64,000 nucleotides of DNA from Bacteroidia bacterium (GTDB lineage Bacteria > Bacteroidota > Bacteroidia > UKL13-3), in contig JBILVK010000006.1 of the NCBI GenBank assembly GCA_044370475.1, forward strand, positions 1,817 through 65,816, in the 5' to 3' direction. Position 1 is the stretch's first letter, and every line of letters begins with the position of its first letter. The position numbers and the translations under genes are program-made. A model generated the notes under the pieces. The model was not told where the DNA came from. It did not search any database and worked only from the letters and a program-made list of their open reading frames with translations. Positions 29,453 to 39,686 of this stretch are shown here, piece by piece.

Positions 29453-30799
29453 ATGTTCAAAAAAATACTCATTGCCAATAGAGGAGAAATTGCCTTAAGA
29501 ATTATCCGAACTGCCCGCGAAATGGGCATTAAAACGGTTGCTGTTTATTCTACAGCAGACCGTGATAGCTTACATGTTAGATTTGCAGATGAAGCGGTTT
29601 GTATTGGACCACCTCCTTCTGCTCAATCCTACTTGAGCATTCCTAGTATTATTGCTGCTGCAGAGATTACCAATGCAGATGCCATCCATCCTGGCTATGG
29701 CTTCTTATCTGAAAATGCAAAATTTTCTCAAGTTTGCCGCGAACATGGCATCAAATTTATAGGTGCTAGTCCCGAAATGATTAACGCCATGGGCGATAAA
29801 TCTAACGCAAAAGCCACTATGAAATTGGCTGGTGTTCCAGTAATCCCTGGTTCAGAAGGTCTGTTAAAAGACGCTGCCGAAGGTCGCGAATTAGCCAAAG
29901 GAATTGGATACCCTGTTATCATCAAAGCAACTGCTGGTGGTGGTGGTAGAGGTATGCGCATCATTTGGGCCGACGAAGAATTTGAAAAGAACTGGGATAG
30001 CGCCAAACAAGAGTCTTTAGCTGCTTTTGGAAACGATGGTATCTACATGGAAAAATATGTAGAAGATCCTCGTCACATCGAAATTCAATTGGCGGGCGAC
30101 CAATATGGTAAGGTTTGCCATTTATCGGAAAGAGATTGCTCTATTCAACGTAGACATCAAAAATTAGTAGAGGAAAGCCCTTCCCCTTTTATGACAGATG
30201 AACTTCGTGAGAAAATGGGTAACGCTGCTGTGGCTGGCGCCTCTGCTATTGGATACGAAGGTCTTGGTACCATCGAATTCTTGGTAGACAAGCATAGAAA
30301 TTTCTACTTCATGGAAATGAATACGCGTATCCAAGTGGAGCATCCAGTTACCGAAGAAGTAATTAATTTTGACCTCGTAAAAGAGCAAATCTTAATTGCT
30401 GCAGGTGTGCCAATTAGTGGTAGAAATTACTACCCATCTCGTCATTCAATAGAAGTGCGTATCAACGCTGAAGATCCTTATAATAATTTTAGACCTACAC
30501 CAGGTAGAATAGATTATTTGCATAAACCGGGCGGACATGGAGTGCGTGTAGATACCCATATCTACGCTGGTTATACCATTCCAAGCAATTACGATAGCAT
30601 GATCGCCAAAATGATTGTAACAGCGCAAACCCGCGAAGAAGCCATCATTAAAATGGAAAGAGCCTTGGGAGAATTTATCATCGAAGGTCCAGGTTTAAAA
30701 ACCACCATTCCTTTGCAATTAAAATTGATGCAAAACGAAGACTTCAAGAATGGTAATTTTACAACTGCATTTATGAATACCTTCGATATCAATAAATAA
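29453..30799 (+). CDS. accC: Acetyl-CoA carboxylase biotin carboxylase subunit
   Basis: [20 protein letters not shown]-grasp GGGGRGMR, and [14 protein letters not shown]. Confidence 0.92.
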   Translation: MFKKILIANRGEIALRIIRTAREMGIKTVAVYSTADRDSLHVRFADEAVCIGPPPSAQSYLSIPSIIAAAEITNADAIHPGYGFLSENAKFSQVCREHGIKFIGASPEMINAMGDKSNAKATMKLAGVPVIPGSEGLLKDAAEGRELAKGIGYPVIIKATAGGGGRGMRIIWADEEFEKNWDSAKQESLAAFGNDGIYMEKYVEDPRHIEIQLAGDQYGKVCHLSERDCSIQRRHQKLVEESPSPFMTDELREKMGNAAVAGASAIGYEGLGTIEFLVDKHRNFYFMEMNTRIQVEHPVTEEVINFDLVKEQILIAAGVPISGRNYYPSRHSIEVRINAEDPYNNFRPTPGRIDYLHKPGGHGVRVDTHIYAGYTIPSNYDSMIAKMIVTAQTREEAIIKMERALGEFIIEGPGLKTTIPLQLKLMQNEDFKNGNFTTAFMNTFDINK

Positions 30800-30820
30800 T
30801 TCAATTTAAAGATACCATAG

Positions 30821-30859
30821 AAACAGTCGCTATTTGCAAAAGTAGCGACTGTTTTTTTT
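30821..30859. terminator. Intrinsic terminator between convergent accC and the DUF748-like gene
   Basis: AAACAGTCGCTA-tttgcaaaag-TAGCGACTGTTT followed by a T-run. Confidence 0.55.
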
Positions 30860-33137
30860 ATTCCTTAGCCACATAGTTTACCACATACCTAGAAACAGTT
30901 TCGGTATTTGCAGCATCTTGTTTTGGCGTATTTACTACATTGAATTGCTTTGGATTTACCTTTTGACTAACTAAGTAATTTCTTACCCAACTATTTCTTC
31001 TTTGCATAGCATTTAAGGTTATGGCCGTTAAACGTTCATCGGAATAAATTCGTTTCATTTGCTCTTGCATAGGTAATTCAGCGTCGGACTTGTTGGGCAA
31101 TTGGCTTCCCACATAAGCTTTAAACAAACTATCTTGAATATCTACCATGCCTAAAGTATCAACCATTACTTGCGTAAAGCTATCTAATTTAACTTGGTGT
31201 TGGTGCTCATAAAAACCTTGTTTTAGTAAAAACATACCCCACTCTTCTTTTTCTAATTCAATATTACTAACCTGAACCAACTCTACAGCTAACTCTGGTT
31301 TTGTTTTAAGTATTTGTGCCGTTTTATTCAGTTGATCTACTTGCTTGGCGATAAGGCCAACCTGCAAAAATTCAATTTTTATTTCTTTCAAATCCTCTTC
31401 CTTATGGCCAAATAAATTTGCTAATAATTTATAGGGTCCCATAGCTGCCTTAACAAAGATGTTCTTTACAATACCCCATACAATCTTTCCAATTTTATAA
31501 TGAGGGTCATCTAAATTCCCACTTACTGGAACATCTAAATTTATATTGCCTTTATAATCCTTTAACAAGGCAACCGCTAGCCTTACAGTAATAGAAGCGG
31601 CCGTTTTATTCTTCTGCTTTTTACCTACATAAACGGTATTTATGCTGAGCTTGTTTTCAGATTTCAAATCGTGGTTGGCACTTATGCTCGTTCTACAATG
31701 GTAATTAACTACTCCATCTAAGAAGGGATGAGCTATATAATATACCATGTATGGGTTAAAATCAGACATGCGCAAATTGCTTATGGTATAATCCATATTA
31801 AGATTTTTAAAATCTTTAGGATTAATTGCCACTGTACCTTTTAGACTTCCTGATTTGTTAATAATAGAACGCGCATGAAGGGTTAAGAATTTGTTGGTAG
31901 AACGCAAATTGCTTGCACTTAAATTCATGTTTGAAAGCTCAAAATTAAACTTGTTTTGCAGGGTATAATCTCTAAAAGTGATGGCACTATTTTTAAGTGA
32001 AAAGTCCTTGGTACTATATCTACTCAAATCTTGGTTGTTAACCACATCCTTGGTATAATAGGTTAATACCAAAAACGGATTATCGTAAGGTATGCTGGCT
32101 GTATCACCAGTGGCGACAGTAGTTTCGGCGGCAGCCGCTGCAAAGAGTCTATCAAAATTGCTTCCTTTAGGGTACATTTCATATATCAAAAACAACCTAT
32201 CAATATCTAAAGAACGCAAATCGTAAACACCATGTTTTACATCAATTGTATCAACTTTAAGCGTCATGTCTTTTACCCCAAATAAAGGATAACCTTTGGA
32301 GTCAATCACCTTAATTCTACTTAGGTTTAGCAAACCCTTAATACCTAAATTTGCAGGGTCGTTAAAATTACCAGCAAGCTGAAGGCCCGTATTTACCTCA
32401 CCTTCTAAAGATTTAACTTTAATAATTTCTTTTAAGTACGAATACCAAGCACTCAAATTAAATTGCCTAACGCTTATATTCATTTGGTAATCCATACTTT
32501 TGGAATTGAGCTTAATTAAATTACTAAAGCGGCCACCGGTATTCAAATCAAAATCAATTTTATAAAGCATATCTGCCCTATTCCAAGCTAGCTGTGGCGT
32601 TTTAATAAATAGCTTTTCAATGGCCAAAGTATTCCCTAAACTGCTATTGGTATAGGCTATTTTTGCATTCGAAATCTGGGCGTTTACCACACTCCATTTT
32701 GTTGGAAGTGTATCTGCCGCTAAAGGTTCTGCAGTATCTGATGCAGATGCAAACCGCGCAATCAAATCATCGAAATTAAAATGCGCTTCCCGTTGTGTAA
32801 TATTAATTTCGGGCTGATCCAATTTAAAAAGGGTGATATCGTATTCGCCGGCAATGGCCTTTTTAATATTTACTCCAGTTTGCAAAGCCGCAATTTTAAC
32901 AAAAGGAGTTTTGCCATCCTTTTCGTATAGCACCAATTTGTTTATCTCTAAATTGCCTGTCAATAGGTTCAGCCAAAAGCGCTCTACGGTAATTTCTCTA
33001 CCAACAAATTGGGTATCATATTTCTCTATTGTCCATTTGCATATAGGGGAGATAAAGGCAAATAAGAGCAGGAAGCCTATTAAGAGCACAGCTACAACGC
33101 TTAACAGGATTTTATAAGATAATGGCAGTTTTCTCAT
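30858..33137 (-). CDS. DUF748/AsmA-like membrane-anchored protein
   Basis: 759 aa with a single N-terminal TM anchor. Repeated beta-rich segments and an HFNFDDL motif resemble AsmA/DUF748 family proteins. Assignment by resemblance only. Confidence 0.45.
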   Translation of the reverse strand: MRKLPLSYKILLSVVAVLLIGFLLLFAFISPICKWTIEKYDTQFVGREITVERFWLNLLTGNLEINKLVLYEKDGKTPFVKIAALQTGVNIKKAIAGEYDITLFKLDQPEINITQREAHFNFDDLIARFASASDTAEPLAADTLPTKWSVVNAQISNAKIAYTNSSLGNTLAIEKLFIKTPQLAWNRADMLYKIDFDLNTGGRFSNLIKLNSKSMDYQMNISVRQFNLSAWYSYLKEIIKVKSLEGEVNTGLQLAGNFNDPANLGIKGLLNLSRIKVIDSKGYPLFGVKDMTLKVDTIDVKHGVYDLRSLDIDRLFLIYEMYPKGSNFDRLFAAAAAETTVATGDTASIPYDNPFLVLTYYTKDVVNNQDLSRYSTKDFSLKNSAITFRDYTLQNKFNFELSNMNLSASNLRSTNKFLTLHARSIINKSGSLKGTVAINPKDFKNLNMDYTISNLRMSDFNPYMVYYIAHPFLDGVVNYHCRTSISANHDLKSENKLSINTVYVGKKQKNKTAASITVRLAVALLKDYKGNINLDVPVSGNLDDPHYKIGKIVWGIVKNIFVKAAMGPYKLLANLFGHKEEDLKEIKIEFLQVGLIAKQVDQLNKTAQILKTKPELAVELVQVSNIELEKEEWGMFLLKQGFYEHQHQVKLDSFTQVMVDTLGMVDIQDSLFKAYVGSQLPNKSDAELPMQEQMKRIYSDERLTAITLNAMQRRNSWVRNYLVSQKVNPKQFNVVNTPKQDAANTETVSRYVVNYVAKE

Positions 33138-33374
33138 TTAATGGCGAATATACTAGCTTTAAATGAAGAAATAGAAAGTCAAGAAATAAGTAATTTGAGT
33201 GGTAGAAATGATGTAGTAAATGGACTTAATCCTTAAACACCTTGAATAACCTAGCAAAAAATTTGTGAAACATATTTGAACAAAATGGTAATATCCTTAT
33301 AGCAATTTAGCGAATAGGTAACCTTTAAATACTCATTATAGACACCATTGCTCGTATGTGGCTATTAATTTAGC

Positions 33375-34793
33375 CTATTTATGCGCAACCATTAATTTCT
33401 TGGTAATTTTTGTATTGCCAAAATCAAACTCAACATAATAGGTGCCATTTTCAAAACCACTTACATCCAATTTATAATAGTCCGAATTTACTTCTGCGGT
33501 AAATACTTCTTTCCCATTATCAGTTACCACTTTTATTCTTTTAAATGGCCATGTTTTAATTTCAGTATAGTCGGAGGCCGGGTTAGGAACCAATCTGGTA
33601 TTTCTATTTAACCTGCCTTCAAACTCTTTTAAATTGGATGGATTCATATCATTGAACAAAAATTGATAAGCACTAGTAAATTCACGTTTCCAAAACCATT
33701 CACTGTGCGCGCCATCAGCATGTATTGCAACTGAGGAATTGTATGATAAAACACCTTTGAGCTTAAGCACATCATTGTATTTATTGATGTTACTTACCAT
33801 AGTTGAACTTTCATTTGAACCAGCAACATAATAGGCCAAAATTCCAGGGTCAATTATACACTTTTGAGCAAAATCGTATAATGAATCATTGATGTATAAG
33901 GCAGGCGAAAATATGCCTACCTTACCAAATACCTGTGGATTTGATAAAGCCGCGAATAGCGAAATATTAGCTCCTAAAGAACTTCCAGCAATAGCTGTGT
34001 GCTTTGGATCGGAGTATGTTCTATAGGCAGAATCAATAAATGGTTTTAAGGTTTGAACCAAAAAATTTACATAGGCTTTCCCTTCTCCAACTCCATATTG
34101 GTTATGTCCGTAAGGACTATATTCATTGATGCGTTTTGCACCACCATTGTCAATACCTACAATTATACATCCCAAATCACCTGCCTTTTCTAGTTTTACC
34201 AAAGATTCATCCACACCCCATTCGCCCGAAAAAGAGGTTCTGGCATCAAACAAATTTTGTCCATCTTGCATATACATTACGGGATATCTTTTGGTTGTGG
34301 CTGTTTTATAATCAGATGGGAGGTAAATCCATACTCTCCTGCTCCTATTTAATTGAGGCATATAGAATGAATTGGAGAGAATTGAAACATTGCTAAGCGC
34401 TGTAGAACCAGTATCTGCAGGACCATTGAGCAAATCTAACCATCCAGCAATACTGTTTTCAATGCTTAAATTTGCACTATAGGTAAATGTTCTATTCGCA
34501 ATATTTGCACCTCCAGAAGTAGATTCAACTTTTGGCCAACCACCTCTTGTAAATTTATATTGTGCCACACCTGTTCCGCTTGGTAGGGTAATAGTATGGC
34601 TTGAGTCGGTTTTAACAAGTTTATATCTAGCATCACCCGGGTTCCAATTATTGAAATTACCTGCAATATAAATATCATCAGTTTGCGGTGTATTGGCTGG
34701 AATAGTCTTAATGATGATGGTAACTTGTGCTATTGCCAAATCCCCTATCAAAAACGCCAAACTGAGCAAAATCCATTTATAATAAACTTTCAT
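33375..34793 (-). CDS. Secreted esterase with an N-terminal carbohydrate-binding-like (CBM48/AMPK-beta-like) domain and a T9SS C-terminal sorting domain
   Basis: Signal peptide; IYIAGNFNNWNPGDARYKL (glycogen-binding-type module). Esterase core YPVMYMQDGQNLFD...GSSLGA. C-terminal LVPNPASDYTEI...GTYYVEFDFGNTKITKKLMVAHK CTD. Confidence 0.65.
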   Translation of the reverse strand: MKVYYKWILLSLAFLIGDLAIAQVTIIIKTIPANTPQTDDIYIAGNFNNWNPGDARYKLVKTDSSHTITLPSGTGVAQYKFTRGGWPKVESTSGGANIANRTFTYSANLSIENSIAGWLDLLNGPADTGSTALSNVSILSNSFYMPQLNRSRRVWIYLPSDYKTATTKRYPVMYMQDGQNLFDARTSFSGEWGVDESLVKLEKAGDLGCIIVGIDNGGAKRINEYSPYGHNQYGVGEGKAYVNFLVQTLKPFIDSAYRTYSDPKHTAIAGSSLGANISLFAALSNPQVFGKVGIFSPALYINDSLYDFAQKCIIDPGILAYYVAGSNESSTMVSNINKYNDVLKLKGVLSYNSSVAIHADGAHSEWFWKREFTSAYQFLFNDMNPSNLKEFEGRLNRNTRLVPNPASDYTEIKTWPFKRIKVVTDNGKEVFTAEVNSDYYKLDVSGFENGTYYVEFDFGNTKITKKLMVAHK

Positions 34794-34847
34794 GTATCCA
34801 TTACTTTTATAACGAAATTAAGCATTACATTCCTATTTTTGCCATAC

Positions 34848-35402
34848 ATGCAATCGATATTTTTGTTAATTTGTGTTTTACTTTCAGTTGCTCCTCAGCA
34901 ATTAGATAAAATTGATTTGATTGACCTAAATGGCAAGAAAACAAACATACAGTTAAGTAGTGCAAAAAAAGGAACTGTTATATACTTCCTTTCCCCTGAA
35001 TGCCCTTTATGCCAGAGTTACTCGCTAACCATAAAAGACATTGAAAAGAAATATTCAAAGAATGGATTTCAATTTATAGCCATTATTCCAGGTAAAGATT
35101 TTAGCAAGAATGATGTAATTGAATTCAAAAATAAATACAATTTAAAAGCGCTTTCTTTTCTGTTTGATCCAAACCTAGCGTTAGCAAATTATACCAAAGC
35201 AACTATTACACCTGAAGTGGTTGTTTACAACGCTAATGGACAAAAAATATACAATGGAAGAATCGATAATTGGGCTTATGAACTAAGCAAAAAAAGAACC
35301 GTTATTACAGAAAATGACCTGAGAAACGTCCTTCAAAAAATGGATCAAAACCAATATGTAAAACCCTATCAAACAAAAGCAGTTGGATGTTTTATCAATT
35401 AA
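34848..35402 (+). CDS. TlpA/redoxin-like thioredoxin-fold protein
   Basis: Signal peptide MQSIFLLICVLLSVAP, then FLSPECPLCQ (CxxC). Start trimmed to the ATG at 34848, because the track's TTG-started extension runs antisense through the esterase gene. Confidence 0.6.
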   Translation: MQSIFLLICVLLSVAPQQLDKIDLIDLNGKKTNIQLSSAKKGTVIYFLSPECPLCQSYSLTIKDIEKKYSKNGFQFIAIIPGKDFSKNDVIEFKNKYNLKALSFLFDPNLALANYTKATITPEVVVYNANGQKIYNGRIDNWAYELSKKRTVITENDLRNVLQKMDQNQYVKPYQTKAVGCFIN

Positions 35403-36754
35403 TTAAAATAAGCCTGTTTGTTATATACTTTGCAATGGTAGCTTGTAATAGCAACTCCAACCAAATTCCTAGAGAAGGTGAACCTGTAAATTTTGCAGAA
35501 CATATTGCTCCCATCATTCATCAAAATTGCAGCAAGTGTCACAACAGTGATGGTGCAGCTCCTTTTACCTTAATTAACTATACAGACATTGCGCCAAAGG
35601 CAAAGCTAATTAAGTATGTTACCGAAAATAGAATTATGCCTCCTTGGCCTGCCGATGCAGAATATACTCACTTTGCCAATGAAACCTATCTTACCCAAGC
35701 GCAAATCAACCTGATTCAACAATGGGTTAATCAAGGCTGTTTACCTGGCGATACAAGCGCTTTGGTTCAGCCCGAAATAATTGAGAAAACTTGGAAAAAA
35801 GGGAAGCCCGATTTAATTGTTAGGATGCAAAAACCCATTCGCATTTTGGGGAACAATTTAGATTTGTTTGCAGTAGTTAAAATACCATTTGAATTGCCTG
35901 CCGACACCTTCATTAGGGCCATAGAATTTGTGCCTTCTAAGAAGCGTTTAGTGCATCATATGAATGCACATATCATTCAGTTTGAACCAAACAAAAAAAG
36001 CAATTTATGGAATGGAAAATTCTATGTAAACCAAGACCAAACCAAGAGTACCAGCATTCATAAAGAACTTAACTTATTGAACGACGATGGCAGCTACGCG
36101 CCCATGACACCAAGCGTTTGCAACTATTTACCTGGCTCACAATTTAGCTTTTACCCTGATGCTATTGGTGGCTACAAAATTGGCAAGAAAAATGCCTTCT
36201 ATCTAAATGATATGCATTTTGGACCTAGTCCGCTCAATGAAATTGATTCTTCTTATTTTAAAATTTATTATGCAGATAAAGCGCCAAAAAGACCTGTATC
36301 AGAATTTCAAATTGGCACATTAGGCTTAGTTCCAGTTGAGCCAGCATTGGTGGTTCCCCCAAATGAAATAAAAACCTTTCATATCAAATTTCCTGTTCCA
36401 AACGATATTTCTATCATCACCATGGTGCCGCATATGCACTTAATTGGCAAGCGTTTTTGGGCTTATGCCATTAAGCCAAGTGGCGATACCATCAGGCTTA
36501 TAAGGATTAATAACTGGGATTTTAGGTGGCAGTATTTTTATCAGCCAAAAACATTGCTCAAGATTCCTAGAGGCTCAACAATTTATGTGGAGGGTGATTT
36601 CGACAATAGGGCAAGCAACCCCAATAACCCATTTAGCCCACCTCAGGTTATTGCTGAAAAAGAAGGCAGCATGAAGACCACCGATGAGATGTTTCAATTT
36701 ATTGTAACCTACGTGCCTTGGCAAAAAGGCGACGAAAATATTTCCCTAGAATAG
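35387..36754 (+). CDS. Lipoprotein with an N-terminal c-type heme motif fused to a copper type II ascorbate-dependent monooxygenase-like (PHM/DBH-like) domain
   Basis: Lipobox FAMVAC and heme motif CSKCHN. Putative copper ligand motifs VHHMNAH, PHMHLIG and TTDEMFQF, resembling the PHM HH / HxH / DEM(C) pattern. It overlaps the redoxin gene by 16 nt. Confidence 0.55.
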   Translation: MFYQLIKISLFVIYFAMVACNSNSNQIPREGEPVNFAEHIAPIIHQNCSKCHNSDGAAPFTLINYTDIAPKAKLIKYVTENRIMPPWPADAEYTHFANETYLTQAQINLIQQWVNQGCLPGDTSALVQPEIIEKTWKKGKPDLIVRMQKPIRILGNNLDLFAVVKIPFELPADTFIRAIEFVPSKKRLVHHMNAHIIQFEPNKKSNLWNGKFYVNQDQTKSTSIHKELNLLNDDGSYAPMTPSVCNYLPGSQFSFYPDAIGGYKIGKKNAFYLNDMHFGPSPLNEIDSSYFKIYYADKAPKRPVSEFQIGTLGLVPVEPALVVPPNEIKTFHIKFPVPNDISIITMVPHMHLIGKRFWAYAIKPSGDTIRLIRINNWDFRWQYFYQPKTLLKIPRGSTIYVEGDFDNRASNPNNPFSPPQVIAEKEGSMKTTDEMFQFIVTYVPWQKGDENISLE

Positions 36755-37045
36755 GCCCCGGGCACACCGCAACATTTATTTTCCGGGCACACCGCATATT
36801 CCCCGGGCAATCCGCTACCCGCAACATTTATTCACCGGGCACACCGCAACCCGTAAGGACAGGTCGAGACCTGTCCTCCCCGCGGGTATACGAAAAAATC
36901 CTCCAATATCAAATTTCGCGGGTAAACCTCTCTCCCCTCAAACCGGATGCATTACAAAACCTGCATACGGGGTGCGATGCAAAACCCACATACGCGCTGC
37001 ATTACAAAACCCGCAAACTAGGACAGGTCGCAACCTGTCCCTACG
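36755..37045. repeat. GC-rich intergenic repeat island with direct repeats and two near-identical perfect hairpins (REP/BIME-like)
   Basis: CCGGGCACACCGCA(ACATTTATT) occurs 3 times plus one degenerate copy at about 36758-36850. GGACAGGTCGAGACCTGTCC lies at about 36857-36876 and GGACAGGTCGCAACCTGTCC at about 37021-37040. Three tandem units of about 25 nt (GCATTACAAAACC-like) lie at about 36945-37020. Confidence 0.7.
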
Positions 37046-37052
37046 GATTTGC

Positions 37053-37475
37053 TTATGAACAATACTCGTCGAAAGCTGCCTTCAAATTTTGTGATATCAT
37101 TTCGGCACTTCTACCTTCAATCATATGACGCTCGATGAAATGTACCAAATTTCCATCTTTAAACAAAGCTATAGATGGTGAAGATGGCGGATAAGGTAAA
37201 GTGAATTCGCGCGCCTTAGCAACCGCATCAGTCTCTTGTCCGGCAAAAACAGTTAGCAACTCACTCGGTTTTTTGCTGGCAGTGCTAACTGCATCAATAA
37301 CACCTGGTCTGCAAGTACCCGCAGCGCAACCACAAACACTGTTAAACACCAATAATTGGGTTCCTTGTTTGCTATTCATTGTTCCTTCTACTTCAGAAGC
37401 ATTCATCAAAGATTTAAATCCTACTGTTTCTAATTGTTGTCTCATTGGAGCAACCAACATTTCTGGATATGGCAT
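37053..37475 (-). CDS. Bacilliredoxin (BrxA/BrxB, YphP/YqiW family, DUF1094)
   Basis: 140 aa. The redox motif NSVCGCAAG is characteristic of the family. Confidence 0.7.
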   Translation of the reverse strand: MPYPEMLVAPMRQQLETVGFKSLMNASEVEGTMNSKQGTQLLVFNSVCGCAAGTCRPGVIDAVSTASKKPSELLTVFAGQETDAVAKAREFTLPYPPSSPSIALFKDGNLVHFIERHMIEGRSAEMISQNLKAAFDEYCS

Positions 37476-37787
37476 AGTTTATATATTTTGTTTTAAGTGT
37501 TTTATTTAGTTTGGGCATCAATAATTATCATACATAAATAGCAAATTAGGTTGAGATTTAACTGAAAAATCTCTTTCCCCAAATTAACCATTCAAAGATT
37601 CAACTTAATTGATTTAAGCAACAAATATGAGATAATTTCAAACATTTCTCAATAAACGAACCAAACTTTACATACCTGCATTAATGGCAGATAAACACAT
37701 GATCCTTGCAAAAGTTTGACTAAATTTTATTTTTATTATCAGGTAGTTAGACTTACATTTGCACACTAAATTTTTTATAGAAATAAT

Positions 37788-39101
37788 ATGTCAGACGCAA
37801 AAACTGCCCTTCCTTACAAAGTAAAGGACATTACCCTAGCAGAATGGGGACGTAAAGAGATTCGTTTAGCCGAAGCCGAAATGCCAGGATTAATGGCTAT
37901 TCGCGCAGAATATGGCGCAGCACAACCACTTGCTGGAGCGCGTATTGCTGGTTGTTTACACATGACCATCCAAACTGCCGTGTTAATCGAAACATTGAAA
38001 CACTTAGGTGCAGAAGTTACCTGGAGTTCATGTAATATTTTCTCAACACAAGATCACGCTGCTGCTGCAATTGCTGCTGCTGGCATCCCTGTTTACGCTT
38101 GGAAAGGTCAGAACGAGGAAGAATTTGACTGGTGTATTGAGCAAACTTTGGCCGCATTTGAAGGTGGCAAGCCTTTAAATATGATTTTGGATGACGGTGG
38201 TGATTTAACCAATATGGTTTTTGATCGTTTCCCTCATTTAACCAAAGAAATCAAAGGTTTATCTGAAGAAACTACAACAGGTGTTCACCGTTTGTATGAG
38301 CGTATGAAAAAAGGCACTTTAGTGATGCCAGCTATTAACGTAAACGATTCGGTTACCAAATCTAAATTCGATAACAAATACGGCTGTAAAGAGTCTTTAG
38401 TAGATGCTATTCGTAGAGCTACTGATATCATGATGGCAGGTAAAGTTGCTGTTGTTGCTGGTTATGGTGATGTAGGAAAAGGTTCTGCAGAATCATTACG
38501 TGGTGCAGGTGCACGTGTATTGGTTACAGAAATTGATCCTATTTGCGCTTTACAAGCTGCAATGGATGGTTTTGAAGTGGTAACTATGGAAGAGGCTTGC
38601 AAGCGTGCTAACATTTTTGTAACAGCTACAGGAAACTTAAAAATTATTACTGAGCGTCACTTCAGAGCAATGCGCGATAAATCTATCGTATGTAATATTG
38701 GCCATTTTGACAATGAAATTGATATGGCTTGGTTAAATGGAACTTTTGGTTCAACCAAAAACACCTTGAAGCCTCAAGTTGATATCTACAATGTTGATGG
38801 AAACGAAATCATCATCTTAGCAGAAGGCCGCTTAGTTAACTTAGGTTGCGCTATGGGTCACCCTAGCTTCGTAATGAGTAATTCATTCAGCAACCAAACT
38901 TTGGCTCAAATAGAATTGTGGAACCATAGTGCAAACTATGAAAATAAAGTGTACGTTCTTCCTAAGCATTTAGATGAAAAAGTAGCTTTCTTACACTTAG
39001 CTCATATTGGCGCTAAATTAACTGTGTTAGACACAGAGCAAGCAGACTATATTGGCGTGAAGGTTGAAGGACCATTCAAAGCCGAAATGTATCGCTACTA
39101 A
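37788..39101 (+). CDS. ahcY: Adenosylhomocysteinase
   Basis: [38 protein letters not shown] motif, and GHFDNEID. Confidence 0.93.
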   Translation: MSDAKTALPYKVKDITLAEWGRKEIRLAEAEMPGLMAIRAEYGAAQPLAGARIAGCLHMTIQTAVLIETLKHLGAEVTWSSCNIFSTQDHAAAAIAAAGIPVYAWKGQNEEEFDWCIEQTLAAFEGGKPLNMILDDGGDLTNMVFDRFPHLTKEIKGLSEETTTGVHRLYERMKKGTLVMPAINVNDSVTKSKFDNKYGCKESLVDAIRRATDIMMAGKVAVVAGYGDVGKGSAESLRGAGARVLVTEIDPICALQAAMDGFEVVTMEEACKRANIFVTATGNLKIITERHFRAMRDKSIVCNIGHFDNEIDMAWLNGTFGSTKNTLKPQVDIYNVDGNEIIILAEGRLVNLGCAMGHPSFVMSNSFSNQTLAQIELWNHSANYENKVYVLPKHLDEKVAFLHLAHIGAKLTVLDTEQADYIGVKVEGPFKAEMYRY

Positions 39102-39132
39102 TAGGTAATTTTAGGCAGCTGCCTAAACTCAT

Positions 39133-39167
39133 AAAAAAACCGGATACAAACGTATCCGGTTTTTTTA
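39133..39167. terminator. Bidirectional intrinsic terminator
   Basis: aaaaaaa-CCGGATAC-aaac-GTATCCGG-ttttttt between convergent genes. A second palindrome TTAGGCAGCTGCCTAA lies just upstream. Confidence 0.65.
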
Positions 39168-39187
39168 TGCCCATTCAATAAGGAATA

Positions 39188-39643
39188 CTATTTATCGGCA
39201 ATTACTTTATCCAAAATCTGCATAAAGCTGGCAGCATCATGGTATCCAGCATCAATAAATAATGACTTCTTCTTTGGATTGATAAAGTAGGTTGTTGGAA
39301 AACCCGTACTCTCACCCCTACTTAATTGCTGGTAAAAATCGCGCGCAGAAAATGTTTGTCCATCTATGTCGTAAGTTAAATCACGCAATTCTGGATTAAA
39401 CTTAATTACAATAAAGTGCTTGTTTAATTTCTTAATAACATCGGGGTTACTATAAGTATCCCTATCCATTTTCTTACACCATCCACACCAATCGGTATAG
39501 GCATCTACCAAGATAATTTTGTCCTCTTTCTGGGCTACAGGGTAACCCTCATTCCACTTATACCATTTTAATTCATCACCTTTAGGTTTGGTAAACGAAC
39601 TCATAAAGAAGATGGCAAATGCAACAAATAATACTTTTTTCAT
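39188..39643 (-). CDS. Secreted thioredoxin-fold protein
   Basis: Signal peptide MKKVLFVAFAIFFMSS and a CxxC motif DWCGWCKKM. Start set at MKKVLF. The coordinate is derived from the track frame and may be off by 1 nt in my reading. Confidence 0.65.
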   Translation of the reverse strand: MKKVLFVAFAIFFMSSFTKPKGDELKWYKWNEGYPVAQKEDKIILVDAYTDWCGWCKKMDRDTYSNPDVIKKLNKHFIVIKFNPELRDLTYDIDGQTFSARDFYQQLSRGESTGFPTTYFINPKKKSLFIDAGYHDAASFMQILDKVIADK

Positions 39644-39686
39644 GCGATACAATTTATAACACAAACACAATTATCAGACCAAAATA

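Noticed and set aside
34683-34847. TTG-started extension of the redoxin ORF.
   Set aside because: It runs antisense through the 5' end of the esterase gene. A proper ATG with a signal peptide (MQSIFLLICVLL) follows at 34848.
36755-37045. Possible CRISPR array, because of short direct repeats.
   Set aside because: The repeats are short and heterogeneous, and either contiguous or irregularly spaced without unique spacers of constant length. There are too few units and no cas genes anywhere in the window.
36718-37128. 136-aa plus-strand ORF spanning the GC-rich island.
   Set aside because: It starts inside the 3' end of the monooxygenase-like gene and runs through the repeats and hairpins into the antisense of the bacilliredoxin gene. 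Its Arg/Pro/Gly-rich composition reflects the GC-rich repeats rather than coding.
37476-37787. Possible SAH or SAM riboswitch, or another leader element, upstream of ahcY.
   Set aside because: The region is AT-rich, and I saw no GC-rich pseudoknot or conserved-core-like segments. I noted only a TACATTTG -7-like box at about 37754-37761. A covariance-model scan would be needed to be certain.
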